From the NCBI GenBank assembly GCA_964188305.1, contig OZ076888.1: a stretch of DNA of 64,000 nt. One strand, 5' to 3'. The notes beneath the pieces are model-generated. The model ran no database searches, was not told where the DNA came from, and worked only from the letters and a program-made list of their open reading frames with translations. The DNA comes from Podarcis bocagei (Eukaryota). Position 1 is the first letter of the stretch, and each line of letters starts with the position of its first letter. A program made the position numbers and the translations under genes. Of this stretch, positions 39,956 through 52,763 are shown in pieces.

Positions 39956-40416
39956 AGCCACCTCACTCAAGCCCCTCCCCTGCCCCCATTATGCAGTGCC
40001 CAGACTGATGGAAGACAGGGGGTCTGTGGGCCTTAATAGCACCTGATCAGGTCTCCACAAGCACCTGGCTTTCTATGTCAAGAGGATGGATCACAGGCTT
40101 CTTAAGGAACGGCCTATAGAATTCTGCCCTCCCCCAGCTAGCAGGCTTGTTGATGTGTGGATTTGGTGTGCTCCTGGTTTATTCTGTTGTATTTAGCAAG
40201 ATTTATATACCACTTACTTGAAAAATAAATCAACAGTCTGCATAAGCAATGGATCCACATGGCTTTGTATTCAATTCAGGCCCTGTGACCATCCCTGGAC
40301 ACTTTTTATACGCACAGTAATGATAAGGCGAACAGCAAGAAATGGTTTGGTGGGATATTGTGTGAGCTCTATGGCTGTAGTATTGCATAACCCAAACCCC
40401 ATAAAATGGGTGAGTA

Positions 40417-41418
40417 CCGTACTTTTCCGTCTATATGTCTTCCCCGTGTATAAGACACCCCCCCCCCTATTTTGGGGGACTCAAGTTTTAAGAAAACGAG
40501 TTTCCCCGCCATCCCACCCTTACTGTGTTGGGAAACAAGACCACAAACACATTTCCTGGACTTCCAAGAGCATCTTCACAGTTTTCAAAGATGGGGGACC
40601 AGGAGGAGCAACCCATCATTCAATATCCACCAGTTCTACTTCAAAGAAAAGTTTTGCATTTGGTGGAATTTTGGCATCCAGCTGCCCTTTCTTCCCATAA
40701 GCCCATTCTGGTTCGATTTCCTGGTGAGCAGTCTCCCCTTTGCTCATGGTCAGCAGAGCTTCGTCCCAGCCTCGTATCACTTTCCCAACGCTGACTTTGA
40801 AGCTCAGTGGTTTTGCAGCTTTCTTTTTCTTTGAACTTGTTTGAATATTACTATCGAAGACTGTTCCATCTTGCAGCTTCCCTGCATACCAACATTGAAC
40901 GACATCACCCTTTTGGGGAAAGTTGATTTTATCCCCCTTCTTCAGTACTGACTTTGTATATTTTGGGGGGCCCTCATCCACAGCTTCCTCAGGCTTTGTC
41001 TCCTTGGGCTTCTCCTCATCAATTTTGACATTTTTCACTTGCTCTGCTACATGCTCCGGACTCTCAGTACCATGAAATCTCTTGGTTTCAAATAGCTTGT
41101 TATATGCCATGATCAGCTGCTCCTTACTGGCTGTCTTGGCCACATTTTTTATCTGTCCTAGTAGTTTGTGCTCTGACAGGAACTTGCGCTCCGCCTGCTC
41201 CTGCAGGAAGCAGACAATCTCCTTCCTGGGCAGGGTGTCTCCGTGGAGCTCCTCGGGGCTCCAGGGCTGCGTGGGGGCCGCCATGGCATCACCTCCTTGC
41301 AAGCGTCGCCACCTCACACAAGCGAGGGCTCCCTCACGAAGCCAGGACTCATGACCCCAGTTTTTTGACACAATTTTTTAGTCAAAAAAACCCTCGTCCA
41401 ATACATGGGAAAATACTG
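40417..41418. mobile_element. Tc2/pogo-type (Tc1/mariner superfamily) non-autonomous element carrying FKBP3 cDNA cargo
   Basis: Left end TA|CCGTACTTTTCCGTC...CCGTGTATAAGACACCCC..CTATTTTGGGGGACTC..TAAGAAAAC. Right end ATGACCCCAGTTTTTT..AAAAAAACCCTCGTCCAATACATGGGAAAATACTG|TG. Both arms align by eye to the empty element at 4369-4523. Confidence 0.8.
40616..41284 (-). CDS. FKBP3: Intronless FKBP3 (FKBP25 peptidyl-prolyl isomerase) retrocopy, intact 222-aa ORF; possibly a non-expressed processed pseudogene
   Basis: GCCATGG Kozak start. MAAPTQPWSPEEL...HKLLGQIKNVAKTA...GPPKYTKSVLKKGDK...GKVIRGWDEAL...IPPNAKLFFEVELVDIE is full-length FKBP3 (N-terminal helical domain plus FKBP domain). No introns, although vertebrate FKBP3 is multi-exon. 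Confidence 0.93.
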   Translation of the reverse strand: MAAPTQPWSPEELHGDTLPRKEIVCFLQEQAERKFLSEHKLLGQIKNVAKTASKEQLIMAYNKLFETKRFHGTESPEHVAEQVKNVKIDEEKPKETKPEEAVDEGPPKYTKSVLKKGDKINFPQKGDVVQCWYAGKLQDGTVFDSNIQTSSKKKKAAKPLSFKVSVGKVIRGWDEALLTMSKGETAHQEIEPEWAYGKKGQLDAKIPPNAKLFFEVELVDIE

Positions 41419-42434
41419 TGGGGAAACAGCTCGCTTAAATCCAGGGAGGTTCTTTGTGGCCTTCCATGAGGACAATGTACCAGTAATATCGATGAATGAA
41501 CTACAAAGCCTCAAATCAGCTCACTAGCCTGCATTCTGCCATGGAAAGAGCATCTGGTTTGAGCAAAGCTATTCTGGGCTTTGAAGCTCAGTGGGTGGCC
41601 TTGAGCAAGGTGTGTGTGCTCTCAGCCTAACCTACCTTTCAGGCTTGCTGGGAGGATAAATGAGGCAAGAGCTGCAGAGCATTGCACACTCTGAAAACTG
41701 CTAGAGAACTAAATCACATTAGTTGAATTTCCTTCTGGGTTTGAAGGTTGAACATGGCAATACTTTGCATGCTGTATGTCCTTGGGTGCCCCTCTGCTTT
41801 TTAAGAAGGTATTGGGTAGTGGAGCTGGAAAGGACTTAAAAGCCTTTAGAGGGGAGGCCAGACTTCAGACTTGTAGTACCTATTTTGTGTTTGACTTGAA
41901 CCTCAAGATCTGCCACCTGGGGCCAGGTGTAAAAGACATACACTTAAGATGAAAGAATAGGGTACTTTGAAGTAGCTGCTGAGCACAAGGATTTGTTTTG
42001 AGTACCAGCTGAACGTACAGTCCTCCTGCATCAAAATCCATTCCTGGTTAACCCAAGTGTTCTTAATTGGATTTGAAAGAAGGAGCCATTTAGTTGTTGC
42101 CATTGCCAAACAATTGGGAGTCAGAATTCTTGTTGATCTACTGCAGATCACAAGGAGAGTTACCAGTAGATCCTGATCTACCTTCTGCCCTGCCCTGGCC
42201 TATAGCCATGCCCACTTTAATGCCTTTCCCCTAACATATTGGGGAAACAACAAAAGATCATTCGGCAAGCTGTGCATTTTCTTCTTTGTAGCCATCAATG
42301 TGTCATAGTAGCTATAGCAAGATAACTGACATAGTCACCCACCCACCCATTATGGGCTCTAATAATCAATGGCTGGAAAATGATCTGTAGGGTTGGGTAT
42401 GAGTTGAAATGTTTCAATTAGTTGAATGGAGGAA

Positions 42435-42645
42435 GGACATATCTCAGTGGCAGAGCACCTGTCATGCACGCAACAGGTCTCAGGTTCAATCCCTAGCAGT
42501 GGTCTTGTTGTTATTAATTGAATTTATATCTCCAGATACGGCTGGGAGAGACTCCCACCTGAAAGCCTGGAGAACTACTCCCTTTCTGTGCAAACAATGC
42601 TGAGCTAGATGGAGAAAAATCTAACTTGCTATAAGGCGTCTTACT
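42435..42645 (+). mobile_element. Squamate tRNA-derived SINE (Squam-type)
   Basis: ctcagtggcagagcac (A box), caggttcaatccc (B box), body ggctgggagagactcc...gctgagctagatgga. Confidence 0.6.
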
Positions 42646-44880
42646 ATGAGTCAACTTTCTGAGTTCCAGGAAAAATTGGGTGCAGCTCGGTTTAGGAAGA
42701 ATGGAGGATCAATTCTAGAGCTCCTTGCAGCCATCCCAGTGTCCTCGGGGAATTTGTGAAGCAACTGGCTTCATTGCTCTGCTGAGAGGCAGTATTGGGT
42801 AATGGGGGATCAACCCTTTTTTTTCTGAGACAGCTTTAATGTGTTGCTAATGATCTGGGATTTTTAATGGGTGGCCTGGATGAAAGAACTAATCCTACAG
42901 TGCTTGACCCTTCCCAGCCTGCGACCCCATAACCACCAAAGGAAATAGATGGGGATAGCTGCTCACTCCTTCACTCTCTGCTTAGAAAGGGTCACAACCT
43001 CCCAATGCCCATTTGTGATCTCCCCCCAAAGGTCATGACCCTTGGAATAAATGTGTTGGCCAAAGGAACGAGCACTCCGGATGTTGGCAGGGAGGAGAGG
43101 AGATTTTATTCTTTCCCATCTTAATTAGTCTGCTTTGATTGACTAAAATTCTGGGCACCCGAAAGGGCCTTAGTTTTGTAAGAGCCCTCAAGAAGAAATA
43201 CCTTCTCATCAGGGACATACAGTTCTGCAGCCCAAGCTCTGAGCCCTTTAGTCAAAGCAAGGACTGAGCCATTGTTTAAGATCCATTGAGCAGAAGGGAA
43301 TATATGACTCAACGTCATTCTCCAACCACTGGGAAAGCTCTGTGGTGATTGGGAATGGAGGGTCTTTTGGGGGGAAGAAATACTGGATGTGACCCCAGGC
43401 AGAGGTCGGCTGTGTGTCTGAAAGATTTAGCCCTGGTTGACAGTGTCTAATTGTTTTTCATTAATTGTGACACAGAGTGAATGGCAGGGCCTTATGGTCA
43501 CGTTGGGGTGCTGCATGAGACTCTGAGGCCCTTTCCTGCCAATCTCTGCTATGACAAATGTTTCTTGTTCTACCTGATGCTCAGTAAGGTGCCCCAAATC
43601 AGATATCTTCCCGTGGAAAAAGGACAGGCAGTGCAAGGGACTGCAGGCTTTCAAGCTTTACCATACAGGCAGATTGAACATGGTCACTGCTTTCCTTTAA
43701 CTGCTATTGTTCAGTTATAAGGAGGTGCAATGCATTTTTAATTGGGTGATTGCATAATTGCAAATTTTCTTTTTATAGATATATAAAAAGTATGTCCTGC
43801 CCCTGATCACTAGTGATAATGGGACGAGTCACAACAGTTTTCAAATTCAGAAACTAATAAAAGTAAAAATACATTTCAATGTGCCCAAGTCAAAAGTCCT
43901 GGCAGTAAAGGAAGGTCTTCAGCTGGCGCTGAAAGATAGACCAAGTAGAAACCAAATGAGTCTGGGAGAGGAGAGTGCTCCACAACAGGAGTGCTCTTGC
44001 CAAGAAGGCCCTTTGGTGAGTTGTAGATCTCCCACCAGAAGGGCCTTCCCAACCAGCCTCATGGTCCAGGGAAGAGTATATGGGAAGAGACGTTCCTTCA
44101 GATTTCCAACCATTCCAAATTGGGATTCCTCACCTGCTGCATCTGACCAAAAGCCCCACCTTATCTAGCATCTCACCCAACATTGGCCAACTAGGTGCCT
44201 ATGAGAAGCCTGCAAGTCATACCATGGTTAAGAGTATATGGCTAGTACTAGAGGTCCAAAGTTCAATTCTTGCCCAGCCTTGAAGCTCACTGATGGGTAG
44301 GCTTAACATATTATTAAAGAACAGAATTGCCAAACATATAGAAGAACAGGTCTTGCTACAAGCAGACAAAAAACAGTGGGGCTTCCATAAGAAGAGCCAG
44401 CACGGCTGCCTATTAGGCTTTGGTATTAGGATACAATACGGAAAAGGTAGAACTCTATGTGATGCATTTTCCAATACCATGGGCTCTACTTCTTACTCAG
44501 CAAAGAGTTCTAGGAATCCATTCCAAATTGCATGAAAACTTCCTTATTTTTGCATTTTACTGGACAGGATCTTCTTATGGGCTACCAATTGCAAGGTCCT
44601 CAATACCAGATATGTCATGGGATTTCCAGTGTTGGAGAACTATCATTTGATATTTGTGTGACCCCCTGGAGCCATCTCTTCTGCTCTTCCATCACCCATC
44701 ATTCAACAGGTCTAATATGGTATGAACATCCTCTGATCCAGGTTGTCTAAGACCAAACCAATTCTGTTTTCTCTTCAAGCCGATTCTGGTCCTGTCTCTT
44801 TAAAACAGTCACTATGAGATCTTAAAACTACCTTTAATGGAAAGCTCAGTGATGGAAAAAATGGCCTGTGGAAACATGGG

Positions 44881-45080
44881 GCTAAACCTGCAACTTATGC
44901 AAGGGTTACGTTCCAGGGATCGGACCCTCAAGCCAAGATCGCGTAGAAGCAGAACACATTGGGTGCAATGGTGGATAGGATTGTCGAAGTCCCTTTTCCT
45001 GGATTCCACCCCCTTTCCATTTAAAATATATATTTTGCCAAGCGCGTAAAGCTGAATGTGCGTAAGTTGCAGGCTTACTG
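44881..45080. mobile_element. Tigger-like (Tc1/mariner) MITE remnant
   Basis: cctgcaacttatgc ... gcgtaagttgcaggcttactg|ta inverted termini. Confidence 0.55.
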
Positions 45081-45844
45081 TACCAATTCTCTGCTTGTGA
45101 CATATGTTGCACAACTCTGTTGAAAAAGCAGGGGTTTGATTAAAATGGGGCTGCCTTGTAGACGAGTTCCCTGCCTTCATATTCAGCACCTCAGCTTAGA
45201 TATAGAGATATTAATCAGAAATCCTTGGGAGGGAGGTCAGCAAATTGCCATTTCCCATCCCTCCTCTGTTTAAATTCGTTTCAGACCAGTAGCTGCTTCC
45301 TGTGGCTATTGGATTCTTAGCACTTGTCTCTCCAACATCTTACCCTGCTGCACCCCACTGACAAGTATTCTCCACTGTAGGAGAGAGAGAGAGAGATACC
45401 TAAGATCTGTGGGAAAGCAGTAGATGGCAGCTCCTGTGGTCCCCCTCCCATCTGAATTTCATTAGAAGCACCTTCTGGCTAACCAGTTTCTCATTAATAA
45501 TGGAATTGTTCAGAGCAGGTGCTCATCTGTATGTCTGTTGAATCTTTGTTTACTGTTAACTGTTCACTTGCAAGGGATTTAAACACCATTGGCCAGGAGT
45601 AATTTACTATCCTGTGGCACTGCAGGATATATTTTTGTCCTTTCAGAGTTGGTACACCAAAGTGTTTACAATTCAGTACGCAACATATATCACTTTGTGG
45701 CTCAGCACATAGACATGGGACATATTTTTACCCAGGTCTGAGCAAGTTCCTCCAGAAAATCTTTGAATATTACTGGACCTTTCTTGAACCAGCCTAGGTT
45801 ACCATGAAGTCTATCAGGTTTTCCATCCCACTATCCCTTGTCTT

Positions 45845-46360
45845 GAGATCCCACAGTAGTTATTACAATCATGGCAATCACCTTCGTTCTTACAGAGGGT
45901 TGCACATGTCTTGCGGCACGGATCCTTTCCCCCCAAATCTGGAAGGGAAGACTGTGGAGGTGCATCATGAAGGGGCAACTGAGGTCGGCTTTCAGCACTT
46001 CTGTTGGGTTTCCGTCTTGTCCTGGTGCTTTATCACCTGCTTAGGAGTTGATGGTGTCCTTCAGTTTATCAGGGGAAGGGACGGAGGGATATTCAGCTCT
46101 TTCAAGACAGGCAGAGTCTGGATGCTGTCAATTGCTATGTCAGAGACCCATGTTTTCCCATGAGTACAGTTCTTAATAATGCTCTACCCATCACTTCATC
46201 TGCTTGCTATGGTCTGCAATGATCTTTCTAGACAAGGTTTTCAGCAGTGCAGTTTTCCTGGCGGCTGGTCCAAAGGCTTTCTTCACATTCAACACTCTTC
46301 AAGCAGACTGTGTTGTTTTGCTTGCAGTTAAACATCCAAGAGTAGTTCGTTGAAACTTGC
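45845..46360 (-). mobile_element. RTE-clade LINE reverse transcriptase fragment (disrupted)
   Basis: Minus-strand translation gives DKAPGQDGNPTEVLK...QIWGKGSVPQDM...LCKNEGDCHDCNNYCGIS, typical of RTE ORF (KAPGxDGIP...KGDRxDCNNYRGISLL), with frameshifts and stops. Confidence 0.7.
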
Positions 46361-47289
46361 TGAGAATTCTGCCTTCTCCTCTTTGAAATGCCCTTCCTCC
46401 AGTGCCTGGAACCACCAGCAGCTAGAGGCTAATTCTATATAAAGGAAAGCTAATAACCGATACTTCCAGACCAACTATCAAATTGTGATACTGAAATGTA
46501 CAATTGCAGCTGCGCATATTCCTATGCCCGCGGTAAGTATATTGATCTACAGCTGAGGATTTTTTGGCCTGGTTTCCCCTCCTCCTCTTACATTTTTAGT
46601 ACCTCACTGCTTGCTTTGAACATTTAAATTGCAAGCAATGCTGGGGTGACCTGGAACACAGCTGGAGCCTCTCCGAAAGCATCAGTTTTGCATATGAAAT
46701 GCACAATCTCTTTCTCTTCCTCTTTGCTCTGCTGCTTCTGAGGCTGTCTAACATTTTGTCAAGACGGATCAGCCCAAAAGCTATGTTGCTGTTTCAGATT
46801 CCCCAAACGTCTTTCATAGCAACTGTTGGGTGTCCAGCTTCTTTGTATTGCAGGAGAAGTCTCGCCCACACCTCATAACTCTTCCCCGCTTCCAATGCAG
46901 AGTCTAAGAACCCAGCAGCCAGGAACGTCACCTGACCCTTATCAAGAACGGCTTGATGCAAACACTCAGAGAATGCAAAATCCGCCAGGGCACCTAAGAT
47001 AGATAGGGGTGACAGTGTCAGATTTTGAATGGACATTTATCTTTTAAGAGCTACATAAAAAGGAAAGCTATACCTAGTGAAACTTCCCCTGTCACTAGGT
47101 TGCAGTGATGGAGGAAGTTGCACATCATAGAATTTCTCCTCCACCTTCTTATATGCAACTCTTAAAAGAACAGGATGTCCTGTGGTGAGGCAAGGCCCAA
47201 CCTGGGTATAAGACAAGGCAAGGTTAAGGACTGGAGACAAAGTTCTGAAGTTGCTTCTGCGGATAACAAACTGAATCGAGCCCTTCTAG

Positions 47290-47425
47290 CAGGCATGGCC
47301 AAACTTGGCCCTCCAGATGTTTTGGGACTACAACTCCCATCATCCCTAGCTAACAGGACCAGTGGTCAGGGTTGATGGGAATTGTAGTCTCAAAACATCT
47401 GGAGGGCCAAGTTTGGCCATGCCTG
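47290..47425. mobile_element. hAT-Charlie-type palindromic MITE
   Basis: CAGGCATGGCCAAACTTGGCCCTCCAGATG ... CATCTGGAGGGCCAAGTTTGGCCATGCCTG; TSD CCTTCTAG / TCTTATAG (6/8). Confidence 0.88.
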
Positions 47426-48828
47426 TCTTATAGAGTAGTAGCAGCAGCAGGTACAGCCCAATTGTTAGTCCCACCTGAACTACAAGGTGCTGGTTTACTG
47501 AAGAAGGCTGGATCCCTTTAAGTAATCTACTGTGATGGAGCAAGGAGCTTCAGTCTTGTGCAGTGGAATCCTCCAAATATGTTACTAATGGGCATGCACT
47601 CTTACCCTTGGGCCAGGACAGCACTAGAGAAGAGCTTTCTGGATCAGGCCCATGGCCCATCTAATCCATCATTCTCTTCTTACACTGGCCAACCAGATGC
47701 CCATGAGAGGACCAAAAACAGGTCCCAAGTACAGCAGCACCCTCTCCGCTTATGGTTCCCAGCTACCCATCACCCGGCAAAGAGGAATCTTGACTGTTGA
47801 CACAGGAGCTTTCTATGGGGCCTGGGTGATGACCTTTCAATGCAAAGGTCAGACAGGCCTCTTCCAGTTTGGCTCCTTACAGCTTTGTGAATAAACTTCC
47901 TAAACAGCACCGGGGGGGGGGGTAGCCAATGAAATGTCCGCCAGATGTTGTTGGATTCCATAGCCAGGAATGACAGGAGCTCATCAACCTCTGGAGGGCA
48001 CCATATTTGTCTACCCTTGCTGAAGAGGAGATAGGACAGGGGAGCAGACTGCAATGAAAGTGATGGTAGAACACGAGAACAGTGCCTTGGGGATCATTGC
48101 CTTTGATAGCCCAGACCCACCATTCCAATCATCCCTGATCTTTCATACTTTGGAAGTATACTAACTGTTTGCAAAATCATACAGCCTTGGAAGTGAATGG
48201 TCCACCACATCTATTTGGTTTATGAGGCGAAAAGGGTTGTTTCGCCGTGACTTCTAAAAGCATTCTCTAAGCTTCAGCTATTTCGAATTCTTGAGAGTGC
48301 TGCAGGGTAAAGTGTATTTAAAACAGCACTGGCAGATGTGGAGAGAGAGAGAGAGAGAGAGAAAGTGTGTATAGATCAAGGGTGGAGAACCTGTGGCTCT
48401 CCAGGTGTTGCTGAACTACACCTCCTGTCATCCTTAAGCATTGGCTATTTGGACTGGGGCTGATGGGAGCTGAAGTCCAACAACATCTGAAGGGCCGTAT
48501 TGAACCTTGGTTTTACTCAAGGGAAATTCACTCTTTAGTGCTGGGATAAGTGCTTGCATTTTTGGACTTGTATAATGTAAGAGTTAGTTCCCATTCTAGA
48601 AAGGGTATTCACTTGGCTGCTGCTACTGATTGTATCTAGTTTTCCTTCTGCTGCTACACACCGTGGATGGGAATGGGGTTTTGATAGAAGAAGGGAGATG
48701 ATATTTTGAAACCACTTAATTCAAGCCCTTCCTTGGGCAGGCAGCCGTGGAGAACTTTCAGTAGCTGTCTGGCTACATGCTAGACTGATTCTTTGATAAT
48801 ATGCAGAGTTAGTCTCTTGCAGCAATAA

Positions 48829-49143
48829 AGTCTTGCAGCACCTTAGAGCTGAAGGCTTAGACGAACAGACTTACTTAGCATAATAAGCTTTTGTGGGCTA
48901 CAATCCACGTTATCAGGTGCGCAAAGTGTTGTTCTGAGTTGCAGGATGTGTGTGAGGTTGGTTGGGATGGATGCCTGTCTGTGGGGGAGGGAGTGTTCAC
49001 AGTTGTGTCCTCCACCCCCCCCCAAAAAAAACCTATCTATGTGTGTGTAATGCACACACAGCTCAGGATTATGCTTCATTTATAAATAAAGTGAGCTCTG
49101 TTCTTATGCCGTAATAAATTTGTTAGTCTTTCAGATGCAGCAA
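48829..49143. mobile_element. Penelope-like element terminal remnants in inverted arrangement
   Basis: gcagcaccttagag...taagcttttgtgggctacaatccac, and on the other side cttatgccgtaataaatttgttagtctttcagatgc, resembling reptile PLE termini. Confidence 0.45.
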
Positions 49144-50499
49144 ATGTGAATGTTCCCTTCACATATTCTCACTCTAAACAGGATTCATTTGCTTCAGATG
49201 CGCATAATTTTGTAATCGCATACAGTATGTGACCTCTGATCGGCTGAGGATCCCTGAGGAGGAATGAAATGGGGGGTGGGGGAAGGAATGGCCATTGAAG
49301 CAGCAGCAAGGGCAGAGGAGGCTCTGAATAGTAGTGAACAGCCATGAAAAAAAGGTTGGATTTGGGGCAACTGCAATCTGGGAAACAGTAAAACATTTGG
49401 TAAAAAGTTAATGGGGTCTTGCTTATCACCCTATTATATCTAGATCTATTTCCATTTCCTTACTTTACTGTTGCTCATCAAACCTGACCCAGGACTCCTG
49501 TTGTTCCACCCCCAATTTATGCCCATCAATTCTTTTTCAGCAGGCATGAACCCTGGTCCACCTTTTCCTTTTGAGGTTTTCAGCACTGCCAGATCAGTAC
49601 TGAGACTGACCTTTCTTCTTCTTCAAGTACTTGTAGATTAGATGTTGGACCTGGACCAGGGGATTACTATTTCTGTACATTTTGGAATTTTGTAAGCTGT
49701 GCAACTTTGTTGCTCGGTTCATTTGATTTTTTAAAACATGGTCTGTGATATTTTATGCATTGTGACTTTGCTGTTATTTTTATTTGTTATAGTTTAGTAG
49801 TGATTTTGTGTAAAGATCGTTGTGGGGAGAGATTTTCTGTTTAATTATTTGTTGATTTTAACGGTTGCTTTTATCATGTAACAGATTTCAAGCGGATTAT
49901 TGAATATTACTTTAATTGATTGACTTGCTTATTTTTATCGACTTGTCACATTTTTCATTATGATTTATTTGCCTTGGATCTGATGGTTCTATGGTGTGTG
50001 ATCTTGGTTGTATATTTTGTTGTTTCTGTGGCTTGTAAACTGCCTTGTGTTCAGCAATGTAGAAAGGTGGTATACAAATTAAGAATAAAATGAAAAGAGT
50101 CTTTGTTGTTGTCTATAATATATTGGTAGGACCTGTGGGCTTGAGCTGCACTGTGGTGCTTAGCACAAGGCTGTGTGTTGAAGGGAAGGAGATGAAATCT
50201 TTGTTTCCTAAAATGTTCATTTTCGTCATGTATCTGCCAAGGTCTAGTATGGTGATTGATGAGATGAAATAACCAAGAGGCATTTCTGCTTCTTATCGGT
50301 GAGGGTTCTGCAGTGTGTACTTTTTAAAAAGCCTGTGCCTCCAAATCAAGGATGGAGTAACCTGTGGCCCTTCGGTTGTTGTTTGGCTAAAGCTCCCATC
50401 AATCCCACACTAGAATGATAGTGTGATAGGAGTTGCAGTCCAGCAACATCTGGTTCCCCATCCCTGTTCTAGACAGAGAAGCAGCCCAAGGAGATTAAG

Positions 50500-50892
50500 G
50501 TAACCAAGGAAGTGGCTCTGTGCCAGACTGAAAATGGGTGGGGCCCCCCCTCCTCAATTCCCTGGTAGTTAGAAAGAACAGAGTGGAGAGTTTAGTTGTG
50601 TGCAAGCAAGAAGCTAGAATCAGGCCAGGAAACCAGGGCGTCAGAGCCATGCCTGATTTCTGCTTGAATCCAAGCTATGTGGCTATGGGAGAAACAAGAC
50701 CCTCTTCTTCGAGTGTTAATGCTGTGAACCCCTTCATCGTAGGCTCAGGTTGTATATATGTGTAAATAATCCACATATCCTAAAGACATCACAGTCTCCG
50801 CTGTCTCTTGTTCTAAAGGAAACACAAACCCTGGGTAAGCGCCTGGAACCTCTGGAATTTCACACTGCTCAGAGACTGGGGGAGCATGCAAC
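50500..50892 (+). mobile_element. Possible partial LTR
   Basis: Internal gtatatatgtgtaaataa poly(A)-signal-like region and a ...gcatgcaac end; boundaries uncertain. Confidence 0.3.
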
Positions 50893-51294
50893 GTTACTAT
50901 CCTACAGAAAGAAGCATCTTCAGAGACAAGCTGTCATTTACTCCTGTTGGTTAGTTTGTCAGCGGGGGAATATGCAGGTAATAAAAATTAAAACAAATTA
51001 ATGTTTCATACCAGTTATTCTAAAATGTGCTTGTTTGCAACAAGCTGAAAAGTACATTTGAGACAATAATAAACTCCATTTAAATTATGCCCTTTTTGAT
51101 ACATCCCTCCCTGGGTTTGGAAGTACACAGAGGAATGGATAGATAGCTTTTTATCTTTACATGCCTGCTTTTTTCTTATTCTTTTTGGTAGCAAATCAGG
51201 TGGTGGCAATATCCAGGTGTTGTTGGTTTTTTTTGCTTTGATAACATGAGCATAAGGAATCAACTGTATGCAAAAAAAACTATGGGAGCCAAGA

Positions 51295-51662
51295 GTCCTA
51301 AGAGGAGAGGCAGCAAGAGTTGGGTATATCTATTCGGGAGAAGAGATTAGTAAGAGGTTATGTCATAGCTATCTTCAAATATCTGAAGGGCTGTGACATA
51401 GATTATTTGTTTTCCACTGCTCCTGAGGGGAGGGCCCAAACTAACAGGTTCAAATTACAAGATGGAGAATTTTGATTAAACATTAGGAAGAACTTTCCAA
51501 CAGTAGGGGAACAGGCTGCCTTGGAAGGTGGTGGACTCTCTTGTTCATTATAAGTTTTTAAAGCACTGGTTGGGTGAGCACCTCTCAGGGATGCTACCAT
51601 CCAGAGGAAGCAGACCCATTGGATGACATTTGTGGCCCCTTCCATCTCTCTTCATTCTGTAA
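51295..51662 (+). mobile_element. Old CR1 LINE 3' fragment
   Basis: Degenerate homologue of 55187-55581 (atcttcaaatatctgaagggctgt, aaacattaggaagaactt). Confidence 0.8.
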
Positions 51663-52419
51663 TGTCTTTTAATGAGGAGTCATCTAGTCAACTATCATGA
51701 GAAATAGCGGGAAGTTTGTATACGTGCATAGGGATGGAAACACTTTACTTTCGATATATGTTCCAGCCAACATCAAATCTGTCTCCAACAATCACAGGCT
51801 GTGGGAAAATAACTCAAGGGCTTTGGGGAAATAGTTGGGGGGAGGGAATGGCAACCAGTACATTAAAGAAGCTGAGGTCAGAGTGGAGGTTTTCAGGCTG
51901 CTTGCTTAGTGATCAATGCCAAGGCTGGTGCTAGAGGCGAGCAAACAGGGTGACTGCACATCACAGCGTGCATCTGTGTGCTGAGATGACTTTGGTGTGT
52001 GCTGAACCTCTACAGCACTGATTTATCCTTAAAAGATTCCAAATCCTGAACAATCCTGCTAGATGGCGAGGCCATATGATTTTACTGGGGGCCTTGAAGA
52101 GAGAAGACAGATGTGTGATTCTAAACGTGGCAGAAGCAATCTAATACTGTTTCCACTGCTCTGAGGGCTGATCCAGCATGCAGTTTGTTAATAGGCAGAT
52201 CTTTAATTAAAGCTGCAAAACTGCACTCGCACAACAGATAGTCACTACAGCTCTGCTCCCCCCCCCTTTCACTGCTGGTAACACTTTTTAATGCCTCCCA
52301 CATCTGACTTAGGGAATTTTCTGTTCCATTGCTGCAACCTGGAAAGTGGCTTTGAACAAATGACCTACCTAGCTGCAGTTAATATGTGAGAACGGTAATA
52401 CTGAGTTGAAAATGACCTA

Positions 52420-52763
52420 CAGTGGTGCCCCACAAGACGAATGCCTCGCAAGACAAAAAACCCGCTAGACGAAAGGGTTTTCCATTTTTTGATGCGCTTC
52501 GCAAGACGAATTTCCCTATGGGCTTGCTTTGCAAGACGAAAACGTCTTGCGAGTCTTGCGATTTTTTTCGCTCCCCCCTTTTTTCTAAGCCGCTAAGCCG
52601 CTAATAGCCTTTTAGCCGCTAAGCCGCTAAGCCTTTAATAGCCGCTAAACCGCTAATAGCGCTAATCCGCTAAACCGCTAATAGGGTTGCTTTGCATGAC
52701 AAAAAAACCGCTAGACGAAGAGACTCGCGGAACGGATTATTTTCGTCTTGCGAGGCACCACTG
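52420..52763. mobile_element. Tigger/pogo-like MITE with internal (AAGCCGCT)-type minisatellite
   Basis: TA|CAGTGGTGCCCCACAAGACGAA ... TTCGTCTTGCGAGGCACCACTG|TA; repeated subterminal CAAGACGAA motifs. Confidence 0.9.

Noticed and set aside
41285-41371. 29-aa N-terminal extension of the FKBP3 ORF in the ORF track
   Set aside because: It starts at a GTG inside the transposon arm. The homologous start is the Kozak ATG at 41284.
52586-52683. Short repeat array (AAGCCGCT/AAACCGCT units) as CRISPR-like
   Set aside because: No unique spacers; it is a minisatellite inside a Tigger-like MITE in a vertebrate genome.
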